32,000 nucleotides of DNA from positions 690,001 through 722,000 of the forward strand of contig NZ_DS995298.1 of NCBI RefSeq assembly GCF_000155895.1, given 5' to 3'. The position numbers and the translations under genes are program-made. The DNA comes from Candidatus Pelagibacter sp. HTCC7211. Lineage in GTDB: Bacteria > Pseudomonadota > Alphaproteobacteria > Pelagibacterales > Pelagibacteraceae. A model generated the notes under the pieces. That model saw only the letters and a program-made list of their open reading frames with translations. It did not search any database and had not been told where the DNA came from. Of this stretch, positions 1 through 8,495 are shown one piece after another; position 1 is the stretch's first letter; every line of letters starts with the position of its first letter.

Positions 1-1
1 A

Positions 2-631
2 GGTTATTGTGTTTCACAACAATTTGCGAAAAAAATGAATATTACTGCAATCGAAGATTTAGGAAGACCTGAAGTTGTTAAAGCTATGGATAGTGATGGC
101 AATGGTAAAGGTGAGTTCTGGATTGGTGCAGATGGTTGGGCTTCAGCTAATGTTAACCAAGTTAAATTAAGAGACTATGGTTTATATGATGCAGGCATTG
201 AACCAATCAGAGCAGCAGAAGCAGTTAAGAATGCAAGAGTACTTGACTCAATTAAAAAAGGTGAAGGGTATGCATTTTATTGTTACAAACCACATGCAAT
301 TTGGGGAATGGCAGATGTAGTTATGTTGGAAGAGCCAAAGTTTGATCCAGCAAAATACAAAATGGTACAACCTAAAGAAGATGCTGACTGGTATAACAAG
401 TCTTATGTAGCTTCGAAAGATGCACTTAAAAAAATTCAAATTGGTTGGGGTACTTCTTTAGAAAGTAAATCACCAGCTATTGTTGAATTCTTTAAGAACT
501 TTCAATTAACAGCAGACGATGTATCAGCTATGGCTTACGCAATTTCAGTTGAGAAAAAACAACCAGCTGATGTAGCAAGAGCATGGATGGATGCAAATAA
601 ATCAACTGTTGATGGTTGGTTAGGACTTTAG
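2..631 (+). CDS. proX: Glycine betaine/proline betaine ABC transporter substrate-binding protein (ProX/OpuAC type), 5'-truncated by the window edge
   Basis: The reading frame is open from nt 2 with no stop before the first Met at 35, so the gene continues upstream. The C-terminal part (GWGTSLESKSPAIVEFF...ARAWMDANKSTVDGWLGL) resembles ProX-type binding proteins. It lies directly upstream of clear proV/proW. Confidence 0.8.
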   Translation, partial: GYCVSQQFAKKMNITAIEDLGRPEVVKAMDSDGNGKGEFWIGADGWASANVNQVKLRDYGLYDAGIEPIRAAEAVKNARVLDSIKKGEGYAFYCYKPHAIWGMADVVMLEEPKFDPAKYKMVQPKEDADWYNKSYVASKDALKKIQIGWGTSLESKSPAIVEFFKNFQLTADDVSAMAYAISVEKKQPADVARAWMDANKSTVDGWLGL

Positions 632-650
632 TCTAAAACAAATCATTTAT

Positions 651-684
651 ACTCGGCAATTAAATATTGCCGAGTATATTTTCT
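651..684 (+). terminator. Rho-independent terminator after proX (probable attenuation point between the binding-protein gene and proVW)
   Basis: Perfect 10-bp stem ACTCGGCAAT (651-660) / ATTGCCGAGT (666-675) with a 5-nt loop TAAAT. It is followed by T-rich ATATTTTCTT and starts 20 nt after the proX stop. Confidence 0.7.
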
Positions 685-700
685 TAAAATAAAAGATAAA

Positions 701-1762
701 ATGGATCCATCAAGTTCAGCTATAAAGATTGAAAATGTTTGGAAAGTGTTTGGTAACACTTCAAATGAAGCGTTAGATGCAATTCAAAATCATAAAATTT
801 CAAAAACAGAAGCTTTAGAAAAATATAATTCAGTAATTGGGGTGTCAGATGTATCTTTTGACGTAAAACAAGGAGAAATTTTTTGCGTGATGGGTCTTTC
901 AGGTAGTGGTAAATCTACTTTAGTTAGACATATTAATAGGCTTTTAGAGCCAACGTCTGGAAAAATTTTAATTAATGATCAAGATGTAATGACTCTTGAT
1001 AGAGAAAGTTTGCAAGAATTAAGGAATAAAAAAATAGGGATGGTTTTTCAAAACTTTGCCTTAATGCCCCATAGATCAGTAGTTGATAATATTGCAATGC
1101 CTCTTGAAATTAGAGGAGTAAGTAAAAATGATAGATTGGATGCTGCAAATAAAATCTTAGATACTGTTGAGCTTCAAGGTTGGGGAAATAAATTTGCCCA
1201 TGAGCTATCTGGTGGAATGCAACAAAGAGTAGGACTTGCAAGAGCTTTGGCTGCAGACCCTGAATTCTTATTAATGGACGAACCTTTTAGTGCACTAGAT
1301 CCACTAATTAGAAGACAACTTCAATCAGAGTTTATTAAACTTTCGAAACAAATGAAAAAAACAACTGTTTTTATTACTCATGATTTAGATGAAGCAGTAA
1401 GAGTAGGTCATCGAATTGCAATTATGAGAGATGGAAAAGTAATTCAAGTTGGAACACCTGAAGAAATTGTAGTTAGTCCAGCTGATGATTATGTTGCTGA
1501 TTTTGTAAAAGGAATTTCTAGATTAAAAGTAGTTCAAGCAAAATCAATCATGCAATCAATCGAAAAGTTTGAAAAAAATAATGGAAAACTATCTGAGGAT
1601 TTAGAAGTAGTTAGAGAAGATGATTTATTAAGTAAATTAATTGAAACTTCGGCCTCAAAAGACAAGCCAGTAGTTGTTCATAATTCTCAAAATCAAAAAG
1701 TTGGTGTTATTTCACAAGCAGACCTTTTAAAAGCAGTTATTGAAGGAGGGGATGGTGAGTAA
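701..1762 (+). CDS. proV: Glycine betaine/proline ABC transporter ATP-binding protein with C-terminal CBS-like regulatory tail
   Basis: ATG start. Walker A GLSGSGKST, ABC signature LSGGMQQRV, Walker B FLLMDEPFSALD. The N-terminal pattern KVFG...ALEKYNSVIGVSDVSFDVKQGEIFCVMG is colinear with E. coli ProV. About 90 aa follow the ABC core. Confidence 0.93.
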   Translation: MDPSSSAIKIENVWKVFGNTSNEALDAIQNHKISKTEALEKYNSVIGVSDVSFDVKQGEIFCVMGLSGSGKSTLVRHINRLLEPTSGKILINDQDVMTLDRESLQELRNKKIGMVFQNFALMPHRSVVDNIAMPLEIRGVSKNDRLDAANKILDTVELQGWGNKFAHELSGGMQQRVGLARALAADPEFLLMDEPFSALDPLIRRQLQSEFIKLSKQMKKTTVFITHDLDEAVRVGHRIAIMRDGKVIQVGTPEEIVVSPADDYVADFVKGISRLKVVQAKSIMQSIEKFEKNNGKLSEDLEVVREDDLLSKLIETSASKDKPVVVHNSQNQKVGVISQADLLKAVIEGGDGE

Positions 1763-3257
1763 AGATGTTAACAACCCATCTAGATCAGAATTAATAACTG
1801 ATTTTGTAAAAACGAACCCAAATTATTATATTGATCAATTTCAGAAAATAGGAAGCAAACCCACATTTTCTTTTTCATTTAACTTGTATGCTGCAATTCT
1901 TGGACCTATTTGGTTTGGGATGAGAAATATCTGGAATTGGGCATTAACTTTTTTAATTATTGAAACTTTTTCAGTTGTACAAATTATACGAGGTTTGTTT
2001 GGTAATATTACAGCTGATGCTATTCAAAAAATTGAACAAGTACAGTCTACTATTGCTTTTAGAAATAAACAATTAGAAGCAGCGATAACTAATAATCCAG
2101 ACAAGGTTGATGTTTATAAGAGAAATATAAAGTCACTAGAAGATGCTATGCAAGGCTATATTGATGAAGTTAGTAGAATTGAAGCTTCTGCTATTTGGAT
2201 TACTATTTTTGGAATTATTTTATTAATTTCTATTAAAATAGTTCAAGGCATTCTTGCTAACTCAACATTAGAAAAAAGATATTCTGAATGGTTGTCAGAC
2301 AAATCAATAAGTCCTGGTATGCAAACAAAAAATTATATTTTAAGCACAACTTTCACTTCAGTAATTATGTTTTTTTCAGTAGTTCACTATAGTTTTCCAG
2401 GTTTAATTGTAATCATGAATGAATTCCCAACACATCCAGATATCAGATTAACATCTATTGCCTGGGTAGAAACTATATTTAATTATGCTGTCCTAAAAGG
2501 TGATGCTTTGTTTACAGCAATTACAATTGGTATTAGATCTGTTTTAGATTTTTTAGAACTATTGTTTGTTAAAACCCCATGGATAGTAATTATAACTGCG
2601 ATTGTAACTTTAACTGGTTTATCAGCAGGACCAAGAGCTGCCATATATTCGGCTGGGTTTTTATGTTATATGGGCTTTTTAGGCTTTTGGGTAAAAGCTA
2701 TGACTACGCTTGCCTTACTGGGTACGGCTGCGATTTTAAGTATCGCAATTGGAATCCCACTTGGAATTTTTTGCGCAAGACGTCAAAGATTTTATTCAAT
2801 GATAAGACCGATAATGGATTTTATGCAAACAATGCCAGCCTTTGTGTTTATGATCCCTGTTATTGCATTTTTTGGAACAGGAAAAGTTGCAGCAGTAATA
2901 ATTACAATGATATTTGGTGGAACTCCAGTTGTCAGATTAACAGTGCTTGGATTAAGAGGAGTTCCAGAAACAATCAGGGAAGCTGCGATAGCTTACGGTG
3001 CAACTAAATGGTATCTACTTAGAAAGGTAGATTTACCTTTAGCAACACCTTCAATATTAGCAGGTGTAAACCAAACAGTAATGTTAAGTTTAGCCATGGT
3101 TGTTGTTGCATCTTTAATTGGTGCCAAAGGTTTAGGTCAAGACGTTTTGGAGGCATTACAATATGCAAATGTAGGTCAAGGTATTCTTGCAGGTGTTGCC
3201 ATTTTATTTGTGGCATTAATTTTAGATAGGGTTGTTCAAGGTAAGAAAAGAGTTTAA
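1752..3257 (+). CDS. proW: Glycine betaine/proline ABC transporter permease with about 230-aa extra N-terminal membrane module
   Basis: The C-terminal ~270 aa form a BPD_transp_1-type permease core (…MQTMPAFVFMIPVIAFFGTGKVAAVIITMIFGGTPVVRLT…DLPLATPSILAGVNQT…) colinear with ProW. The ORF-track start at 1740 is TTG; an in-frame ATG at 1752 and GTG at 1755 follow AAGGAGG (1743-1749). The gene overlaps the proV 3' end, consistent with translational coupling. Confidence 0.9.
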   Translation: MVSKDVNNPSRSELITDFVKTNPNYYIDQFQKIGSKPTFSFSFNLYAAILGPIWFGMRNIWNWALTFLIIETFSVVQIIRGLFGNITADAIQKIEQVQSTIAFRNKQLEAAITNNPDKVDVYKRNIKSLEDAMQGYIDEVSRIEASAIWITIFGIILLISIKIVQGILANSTLEKRYSEWLSDKSISPGMQTKNYILSTTFTSVIMFFSVVHYSFPGLIVIMNEFPTHPDIRLTSIAWVETIFNYAVLKGDALFTAITIGIRSVLDFLELLFVKTPWIVIITAIVTLTGLSAGPRAAIYSAGFLCYMGFLGFWVKAMTTLALLGTAAILSIAIGIPLGIFCARRQRFYSMIRPIMDFMQTMPAFVFMIPVIAFFGTGKVAAVIITMIFGGTPVVRLTVLGLRGVPETIREAAIAYGATKWYLLRKVDLPLATPSILAGVNQTVMLSLAMVVVASLIGAKGLGQDVLEALQYANVGQGILAGVAILFVALILDRVVQGKKRV

Positions 3258-3266
3258 TAGAAATTA

Positions 3267-3881
3267 ATGGAATATCTATTATTAGGTTTTTTTACTGGCT
3301 TAAGTCTTATTTTAGCAATAGGTGCTCAGAATATTTTTGTAATTGAACAGGGATTAAAAAAACAACATATATTTCTAGTTTGTTTAATATGTTCAGTTTC
3401 TGATTTAATATTGATTTTTGCAGGAGTTTTTTTATTCCATTTTTTTAGTCAATATTTTAATTCAATAATTGAACTAATCTTTAACATAGCTTTGATTGTT
3501 TTTTTAATTCATTTTATTTATTCAAAAATAAGATCCCACAATAAAACAATTAATTTCAATAAAGATTTTACAAATATTTCAGCACTTAATATTTCCTTTA
3601 AAACTCTTGCTTTTACTTACCTTAATCCACACGTTTATTCAGATACTGTTTTCTTTTTAGGAAATTTTTCTAAAAATTTTTTACTGAATCAAAAAATAAC
3701 ATTTGGTATTGGAGCTGCAGTTGCTTCATTTATTTTTTTTTATATAATTGGATATCTTTCTAAATATTTATCAAAGTATGCTCAAAATCAAAAAGTATGG
3801 AAAGTAATTAATATTTTTATAATTCTTTTTATGAGTCATTTATGTTTTTTTGTCGCAATAAATTTTTTTACTGATAAATAA
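3267..3881 (+). CDS. LysE/ArgO-family amino-acid exporter
   Basis: 204 aa with about 6 TM segments. The N-terminal signature GFFTGLSLILAIGAQNIFVIEQGLKK matches the LysE/ArgO motif (…GAQN.F…QG…). ATG lies 9 nt after the proW stop. Confidence 0.75.
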   Translation: MEYLLLGFFTGLSLILAIGAQNIFVIEQGLKKQHIFLVCLICSVSDLILIFAGVFLFHFFSQYFNSIIELIFNIALIVFLIHFIYSKIRSHNKTINFNKDFTNISALNISFKTLAFTYLNPHVYSDTVFFLGNFSKNFLLNQKITFGIGAAVASFIFFYIIGYLSKYLSKYAQNQKVWKVINIFIILFMSHLCFFVAINFFTDK

Positions 3882-4001
3882 GATTTTCAAAACCTAATAT
3901 GGGTTTTTATATTTACTCTAAATTTGCATACCTGTTTTGAAAGATGCATAATTGTTTAGGGTTCAGTTGTCTATATACAGATCTTAGTAAAAATTTATTT
4001 A

Positions 4002-4844
4002 ATGATTATTTGGTTGGCATCATATCCAAAAAGTGGAAATACATGGGTTAGATCTTTCTTGTCTGCATACTATTATAGTAATAATGGAATTTTTAACCCT
4101 AACTTATTAAAAAAAATCAAACAATATCCTAGTTCAGTTTTTTTTGATAAAAAAATAGATGAACCTAATGAAGCTCATAAATACTGGTTAGAAACTCAGG
4201 ATAAAATTTTATCCAAAAAAGAAATTACAATTTTAAAAACACATAATAGTCTAACTTCAATTAACTCTATTCCATTTACAAAACCAAAATACACTATTGG
4301 TGTTGTTTATATTTTAAGAGATCCTAGAAATATTCTTACTTCTTTAAAAAATCATTATGATTTAGATTATGATGAGGCAATAAAGTTTATGTTGAATGAA
4401 AAAAAATTTATTTATGATGACAGAACACCAGATAATATTGATTATTCAACTTTTCAATTTTTAGGTTCTTGGTCAAATCACTATAAATCTTGGATAAATA
4501 CAAATTTGTTTAGAAGAATGATTATAAAATATGAAGATTTAATTAAAAATCCATATGAAACTTTTAGAGATTTATCTGTCTTTATAAATACTCTTGCTAA
4601 ATTAAATGACCCAATTAATTCACAAAAACTAAATAATGCTATTGAAAGTACAAAATTTGATAATTTAAGAGAAATTGAAAAAAATAATTTATTTACAGAA
4701 AATGTTTTTTCAAAAGATAAAAAAAAAATTCCTTTTTTTAATTTTGGACCTGAAAATAAATGGGCACAAAAAATTCCATTAAAATTACAAAAAGATATAA
4801 ATATTTATTTTGAAAATGATCTTAAAGAATTAGATTATTTCTAA
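4002..4844 (+). CDS. PAPS-dependent sulfotransferase family protein (cytosolic, no signal peptide)
   Basis: 5'-phosphosulfate-binding loop PKSGNTW at aa 9-15. 3'-phosphate-binding motif RDPRN at aa 106-110. Candidate catalytic His in ILKTHNS (aa 77-83). Confidence 0.75.
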   Translation: MIIWLASYPKSGNTWVRSFLSAYYYSNNGIFNPNLLKKIKQYPSSVFFDKKIDEPNEAHKYWLETQDKILSKKEITILKTHNSLTSINSIPFTKPKYTIGVVYILRDPRNILTSLKNHYDLDYDEAIKFMLNEKKFIYDDRTPDNIDYSTFQFLGSWSNHYKSWINTNLFRRMIIKYEDLIKNPYETFRDLSVFINTLAKLNDPINSQKLNNAIESTKFDNLREIEKNNLFTENVFSKDKKKIPFFNFGPENKWAQKIPLKLQKDINIYFENDLKELDYF

Positions 4845-4896
4845 TAATTTTCAGTTTAATAGTCATGCTTTAATGATTACTAAATATTGATTCTAT

Positions 4897-6183
4897 TTAA
4901 TTAGAAAAACCATATTTTCTAAGCCTAACATCACCAGTCCTAGCATGTGCTTCCATTCCTTCGTATCTAGAAATTCTTGCACAAGCAGCACCTACAGTTT
5001 TTGTAGACTCCTTCGTCATTCTTTGAAAACTTAATGTTTTAATAAATTTTCCAACAAATAATCCACCTGTATATCTACCTGCTCCTTTTGTCGGCAGAAT
5101 ATGATTAGTTCCAGAACATTTATCTCCATAAGCAACTGTAGTTTCTTCACCAATAAATAATGATCCATAGTTTTTTAATCTTTTATGAAACCACCTTAAG
5201 TTTTCAGTTTGAACCTCTAAATGCTCAGGTGCGTATTCATCACTAATTGCAGCCATTTCTTCATCGGTATCACAAAGAATGACCTCACCATAATCTCTCC
5301 AAGCAGCTTCCGCACTCGTTCTTGGAAGTTCAGGCAAATCAGCTATTAGTTCAGGAACTCTTTTCATTACTTTATCAGCAACTCTCTTACTAGTAGTGTA
5401 TAACCAAGCAGGTGAATTATAACCATGCTCTGCTTGACCAACGAGATCTACAGCAACCATTTCAGCATCTGCTTTATCATCTGCTATTACAGCGATTTCT
5501 GTAGGACCTGCAAATAAATCAATTCCAACTTTTCCAAATAAAATTCTTTTAGCTTCAGCAACAAATTGATTTCCTGGACCAACCAAAATATCTGCAGGAG
5601 GATTATTAAACAATCCATTAGTCATTGCTGCAATACCAGGAACACCACCTAAATTTAAAATAACATCTGCACCACATAAATCAGCAGTGTAGATAATCGC
5701 TGGATGTGCACCAACTCCTTCCTTAGGAGGACTACAAGCTATTACGTTTTTAACACCAGCAACTTTTGCAGTTGTTACACTCATTACAGCTGAAGCAATA
5801 TGTGCGTATCTACCGCCAGGTATATAACAACCTGCTGTATTAACTGGGATTAGTTTTTGGCCAGCAAAAAGTCCAGGTGAAAGTTCAACCTCAAAATCTT
5901 GACCATAATTTTTTAATTGTGCTTCTGCAAATGTTCTTACTCTATCGTATGAAAATTGAATATCATCCTTAGTCTTTTGATCTAAACTTTTTTTAATTTC
6001 TTCAATTTTTTCTTTGGAAACAATAATTTCACCATCATATTTATCAAATTTTTTTGTAAGATCTATACAAGCTTGTTCTTTATTATTTTCAATATCTTTT
6101 AATAAACCTTTTACTATTTCTGCAGTTTTTGTGTCATCTGTTGAAGATGTTTTTGGTGATTTTTTTAAATATTGTATTGCCAT
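4897..6183 (-). CDS. Histidinol-dehydrogenase (HisD) family NAD-dependent dehydrogenase. It could be true HisD or a sulfopropanediol-3-dehydrogenase (HpsN)-like paralog.
   Basis: 428 aa. HisD hallmark motifs are retained: GQAEHG (Zn ligands Gln/His), APEHLEV (catalytic Glu-His), GDKCSGTNHILPT and MEAHARTG. No other his genes are in the window. Confidence 0.8.
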   Translation of the reverse strand: MAIQYLKKSPKTSSTDDTKTAEIVKGLLKDIENNKEQACIDLTKKFDKYDGEIIVSKEKIEEIKKSLDQKTKDDIQFSYDRVRTFAEAQLKNYGQDFEVELSPGLFAGQKLIPVNTAGCYIPGGRYAHIASAVMSVTTAKVAGVKNVIACSPPKEGVGAHPAIIYTADLCGADVILNLGGVPGIAAMTNGLFNNPPADILVGPGNQFVAEAKRILFGKVGIDLFAGPTEIAVIADDKADAEMVAVDLVGQAEHGYNSPAWLYTTSKRVADKVMKRVPELIADLPELPRTSAEAAWRDYGEVILCDTDEEMAAISDEYAPEHLEVQTENLRWFHKRLKNYGSLFIGEETTVAYGDKCSGTNHILPTKGAGRYTGGLFVGKFIKTLSFQRMTKESTKTVGAACARISRYEGMEAHARTGDVRLRKYGFSN

Positions 6184-6347
6184 TAATTAATCCTTTATTT
6201 TGTGATGTTCTTAATAAAGCATAAAATGTTTTAATTCAATAATTTAAAAATAATATCTATAAAATAAATTTACACTAACAATACATAACACTGTGACTAA
6301 AAAATATAAGCTAATATGATCGAAAGGTTTTATTATTTAATTTAGAA

Positions 6348-7259
6348 TTAATCTAAAGCAACTACAGCTGCAGCAATTGATGCTAATCTTGCTTGTGCTT
6401 CATCAGATCTACTTGTAATTACAACAGGAACTTTTCCACCAACAACAACACCAGCTGCACAAGCTCCCATAAAGTAAATCATCATTTTAACCAATGCATT
6501 ACCAGTTTCAACACTTGGAACTAAAAGTACGTCAGCTTCTCCCGCAACAATATTTTTAATTCCTTTTATTCCAGCAGATTTTTTTGAAATACTATTGTCA
6601 AAAGCAAGTGGCCCAAAGACATCAGCTTCTAAATTATCTTCTTTGGCTAATCTAGTTAATTCCGCTGCATCTAACGAACTCGGAACGCTATCTAAAACTT
6701 CCTCTGTTGCAGATAATACTGCTATTTTTGGCCTTGATATTCCTATTCTATTAGAAAAGTTTATTACATTTCTAAGAATATGCATTTTGGTTTTAATATT
6801 AGGTAAAACATTAAGAGCGCCATCAGTGATAATTAAAGGTTTGTCATCTTTTTCAATCGTCATATGCCAAATATGACTTAATCTAGTTTTACCTAACAGA
6901 TCATATTCTCTTTTAAGAACCTCTTTCATTAAAACGTCAGTATGGATGTGACCTTTAACAATTATTTTAATTTTACCTTCACTAGCAAGTTTTGCAGCTA
7001 TTTTTGCAGTATTGTTTTCAACAGGTTCATCAATTATTTCATATTGAGAAATGTCCCATTGTAAATCATCCGCACACTTTAAAATTTCTTTTTTATCTCC
7101 AATAAAAATTGGTTCAATTAAATTTTCATTGACTGCATCTTGTACTGAAAGCATAGGCAATGGTTTTCCAGCATTAACAACTGCAACTTTGACACCTTTT
7201 TTTTTGTGAGCAACATCTAAAAGGTTGTTAGGACAGATAATTTCTTTATTTGAAAGCAT
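6348..7259 (-). CDS. Phosphate acetyl/butyryl-transferase (PTA_PTB family, short ~300-aa form)
   Basis: Family-typical length and C-terminal block …GEADVLLVPSVETGNALVKMM…VVVGGKVPVVITSRSD. The ORF-track start at 7265 is TTG; the first ATG is at 7259 (MLSNKE…). Confidence 0.75.
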   Translation of the reverse strand: MLSNKEIICPNNLLDVAHKKKGVKVAVVNAGKPLPMLSVQDAVNENLIEPIFIGDKKEILKCADDLQWDISQYEIIDEPVENNTAKIAAKLASEGKIKIIVKGHIHTDVLMKEVLKREYDLLGKTRLSHIWHMTIEKDDKPLIITDGALNVLPNIKTKMHILRNVINFSNRIGISRPKIAVLSATEEVLDSVPSSLDAAELTRLAKEDNLEADVFGPLAFDNSISKKSAGIKGIKNIVAGEADVLLVPSVETGNALVKMMIYFMGACAAGVVVGGKVPVVITSRSDEAQARLASIAAAVVALD

Positions 7260-7332
7260 GAACAATGATTATAAATAATATTTAAAATGTATATAGTAGT
7301 TTTTGTAATTATTGATAATAAAATAACTAAAA

Positions 7333-8472
7333 ATGATTAAAGAATTTAGAATTAATGTATCAGACGAACAAATTTCTAACATAAATTATAAAGTTAAGAA
7401 TTACCCATGGCAATCTATTGAAGATATGGAAGGATGGATGCATGGAACTAATAAAACATATTTGAAAGAAATTTGTGAATATTGGGTTTCAAAATTTGAT
7501 TGGAAAAAACATGAAGAATTGATCAATAGTTTTTCTAATTTTAAAACAAATGTAGAAGGTGTTGATATTCATTTTATTAAAGAAGAAGGAAGTGGAAAAA
7601 ATCCTAAACCATTACTTTTAATGCATGGGTGGCCTGGATCAATTGTTGAATTTTTAGAAATAATTAAACCATTAGCCCATCCTGAAGAATTTGGAGGTAA
7701 TATTGAAGATGCCTTTACAGTTATAGCACCTTCGTTACCTGGATTTGGTTTTTCTAACGCTCCTAAAAATCCAATGGGTCCAAGAAAAATTGCAAACATT
7801 ATGAATAAATTGATGAGTGAAAATTTAAATTATAAACAATATTTTGCGCAAGGAGGAGATTGGGGTGCCACTATAGCTAATTGGTTAGGATACGATCATC
7901 ATAAAAACTGTATTGCTATGCATATCAATTGTTTGACGATGAGACATCCTGATGGTCCAGAAACAAATGAGGAGAAACAATGGTTAAGCGATTTTGATAA
8001 TGATCAAATCATTCAAGATGGATATAGAACTCAACAAGCAACCAAACCACAAACATTAAGTTATGCGATGGTTGATAGCCCCGTAGGAATTGCTGCATGG
8101 ATTATTGAAAAGATGCATGGATGGTCAGACATAAAAAACAATGATATTGAGAGCGCTCATTCAAAAGATACATTGTTAGCAAATATTATGGTTTATGTTT
8201 TAACTAATACTTTCAATACAGCTGCTTGGATTTACTTTGGAAGAAGAGAAGAGGGTGGACGTTATTTTCCAAATGATTTTAAAAAGATTAATATTCCAAC
8301 TGGTATAGCAATGTTCCCAAAAGAAATGTCAGCTTGGCCACCCAAATCTTACATTGAAAAAATTTTTAACGTGAAACAAATAAGTAAAATGGATGAAGGT
8401 GGTCATTTTCCTGCATTAGAAAAACCTAGACTTTTAATTGAAGATATTAGAAAGTTCTTCAAGAATTTATAA
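7333..8472 (+). CDS. Epoxide hydrolase-like alpha/beta hydrolase (microsomal-EH type with EH N-terminal domain)
   Basis: Oxyanion motif HGWPGS. Nucleophile elbow GGDWGA. Catalytic His in GGHFPALEKP near the C-terminus. About 85 aa of N-terminal cap precede HGWPGS. Confidence 0.8.
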   Translation: MIKEFRINVSDEQISNINYKVKNYPWQSIEDMEGWMHGTNKTYLKEICEYWVSKFDWKKHEELINSFSNFKTNVEGVDIHFIKEEGSGKNPKPLLLMHGWPGSIVEFLEIIKPLAHPEEFGGNIEDAFTVIAPSLPGFGFSNAPKNPMGPRKIANIMNKLMSENLNYKQYFAQGGDWGATIANWLGYDHHKNCIAMHINCLTMRHPDGPETNEEKQWLSDFDNDQIIQDGYRTQQATKPQTLSYAMVDSPVGIAAWIIEKMHGWSDIKNNDIESAHSKDTLLANIMVYVLTNTFNTAAWIYFGRREEGGRYFPNDFKKINIPTGIAMFPKEMSAWPPKSYIEKIFNVKQISKMDEGGHFPALEKPRLLIEDIRKFFKNL

Positions 8473-8495
8473 TACAAATTCAAGGGTAAGTAGAT

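Noticed and set aside
2579-3216. ORFs nested in proW (2579-3007 +, 3019-3216 -)
   Set aside because: They are out of frame or antisense within a well-supported permease core. Their Cys/Trp/Asn-rich translations have no protein-like features.
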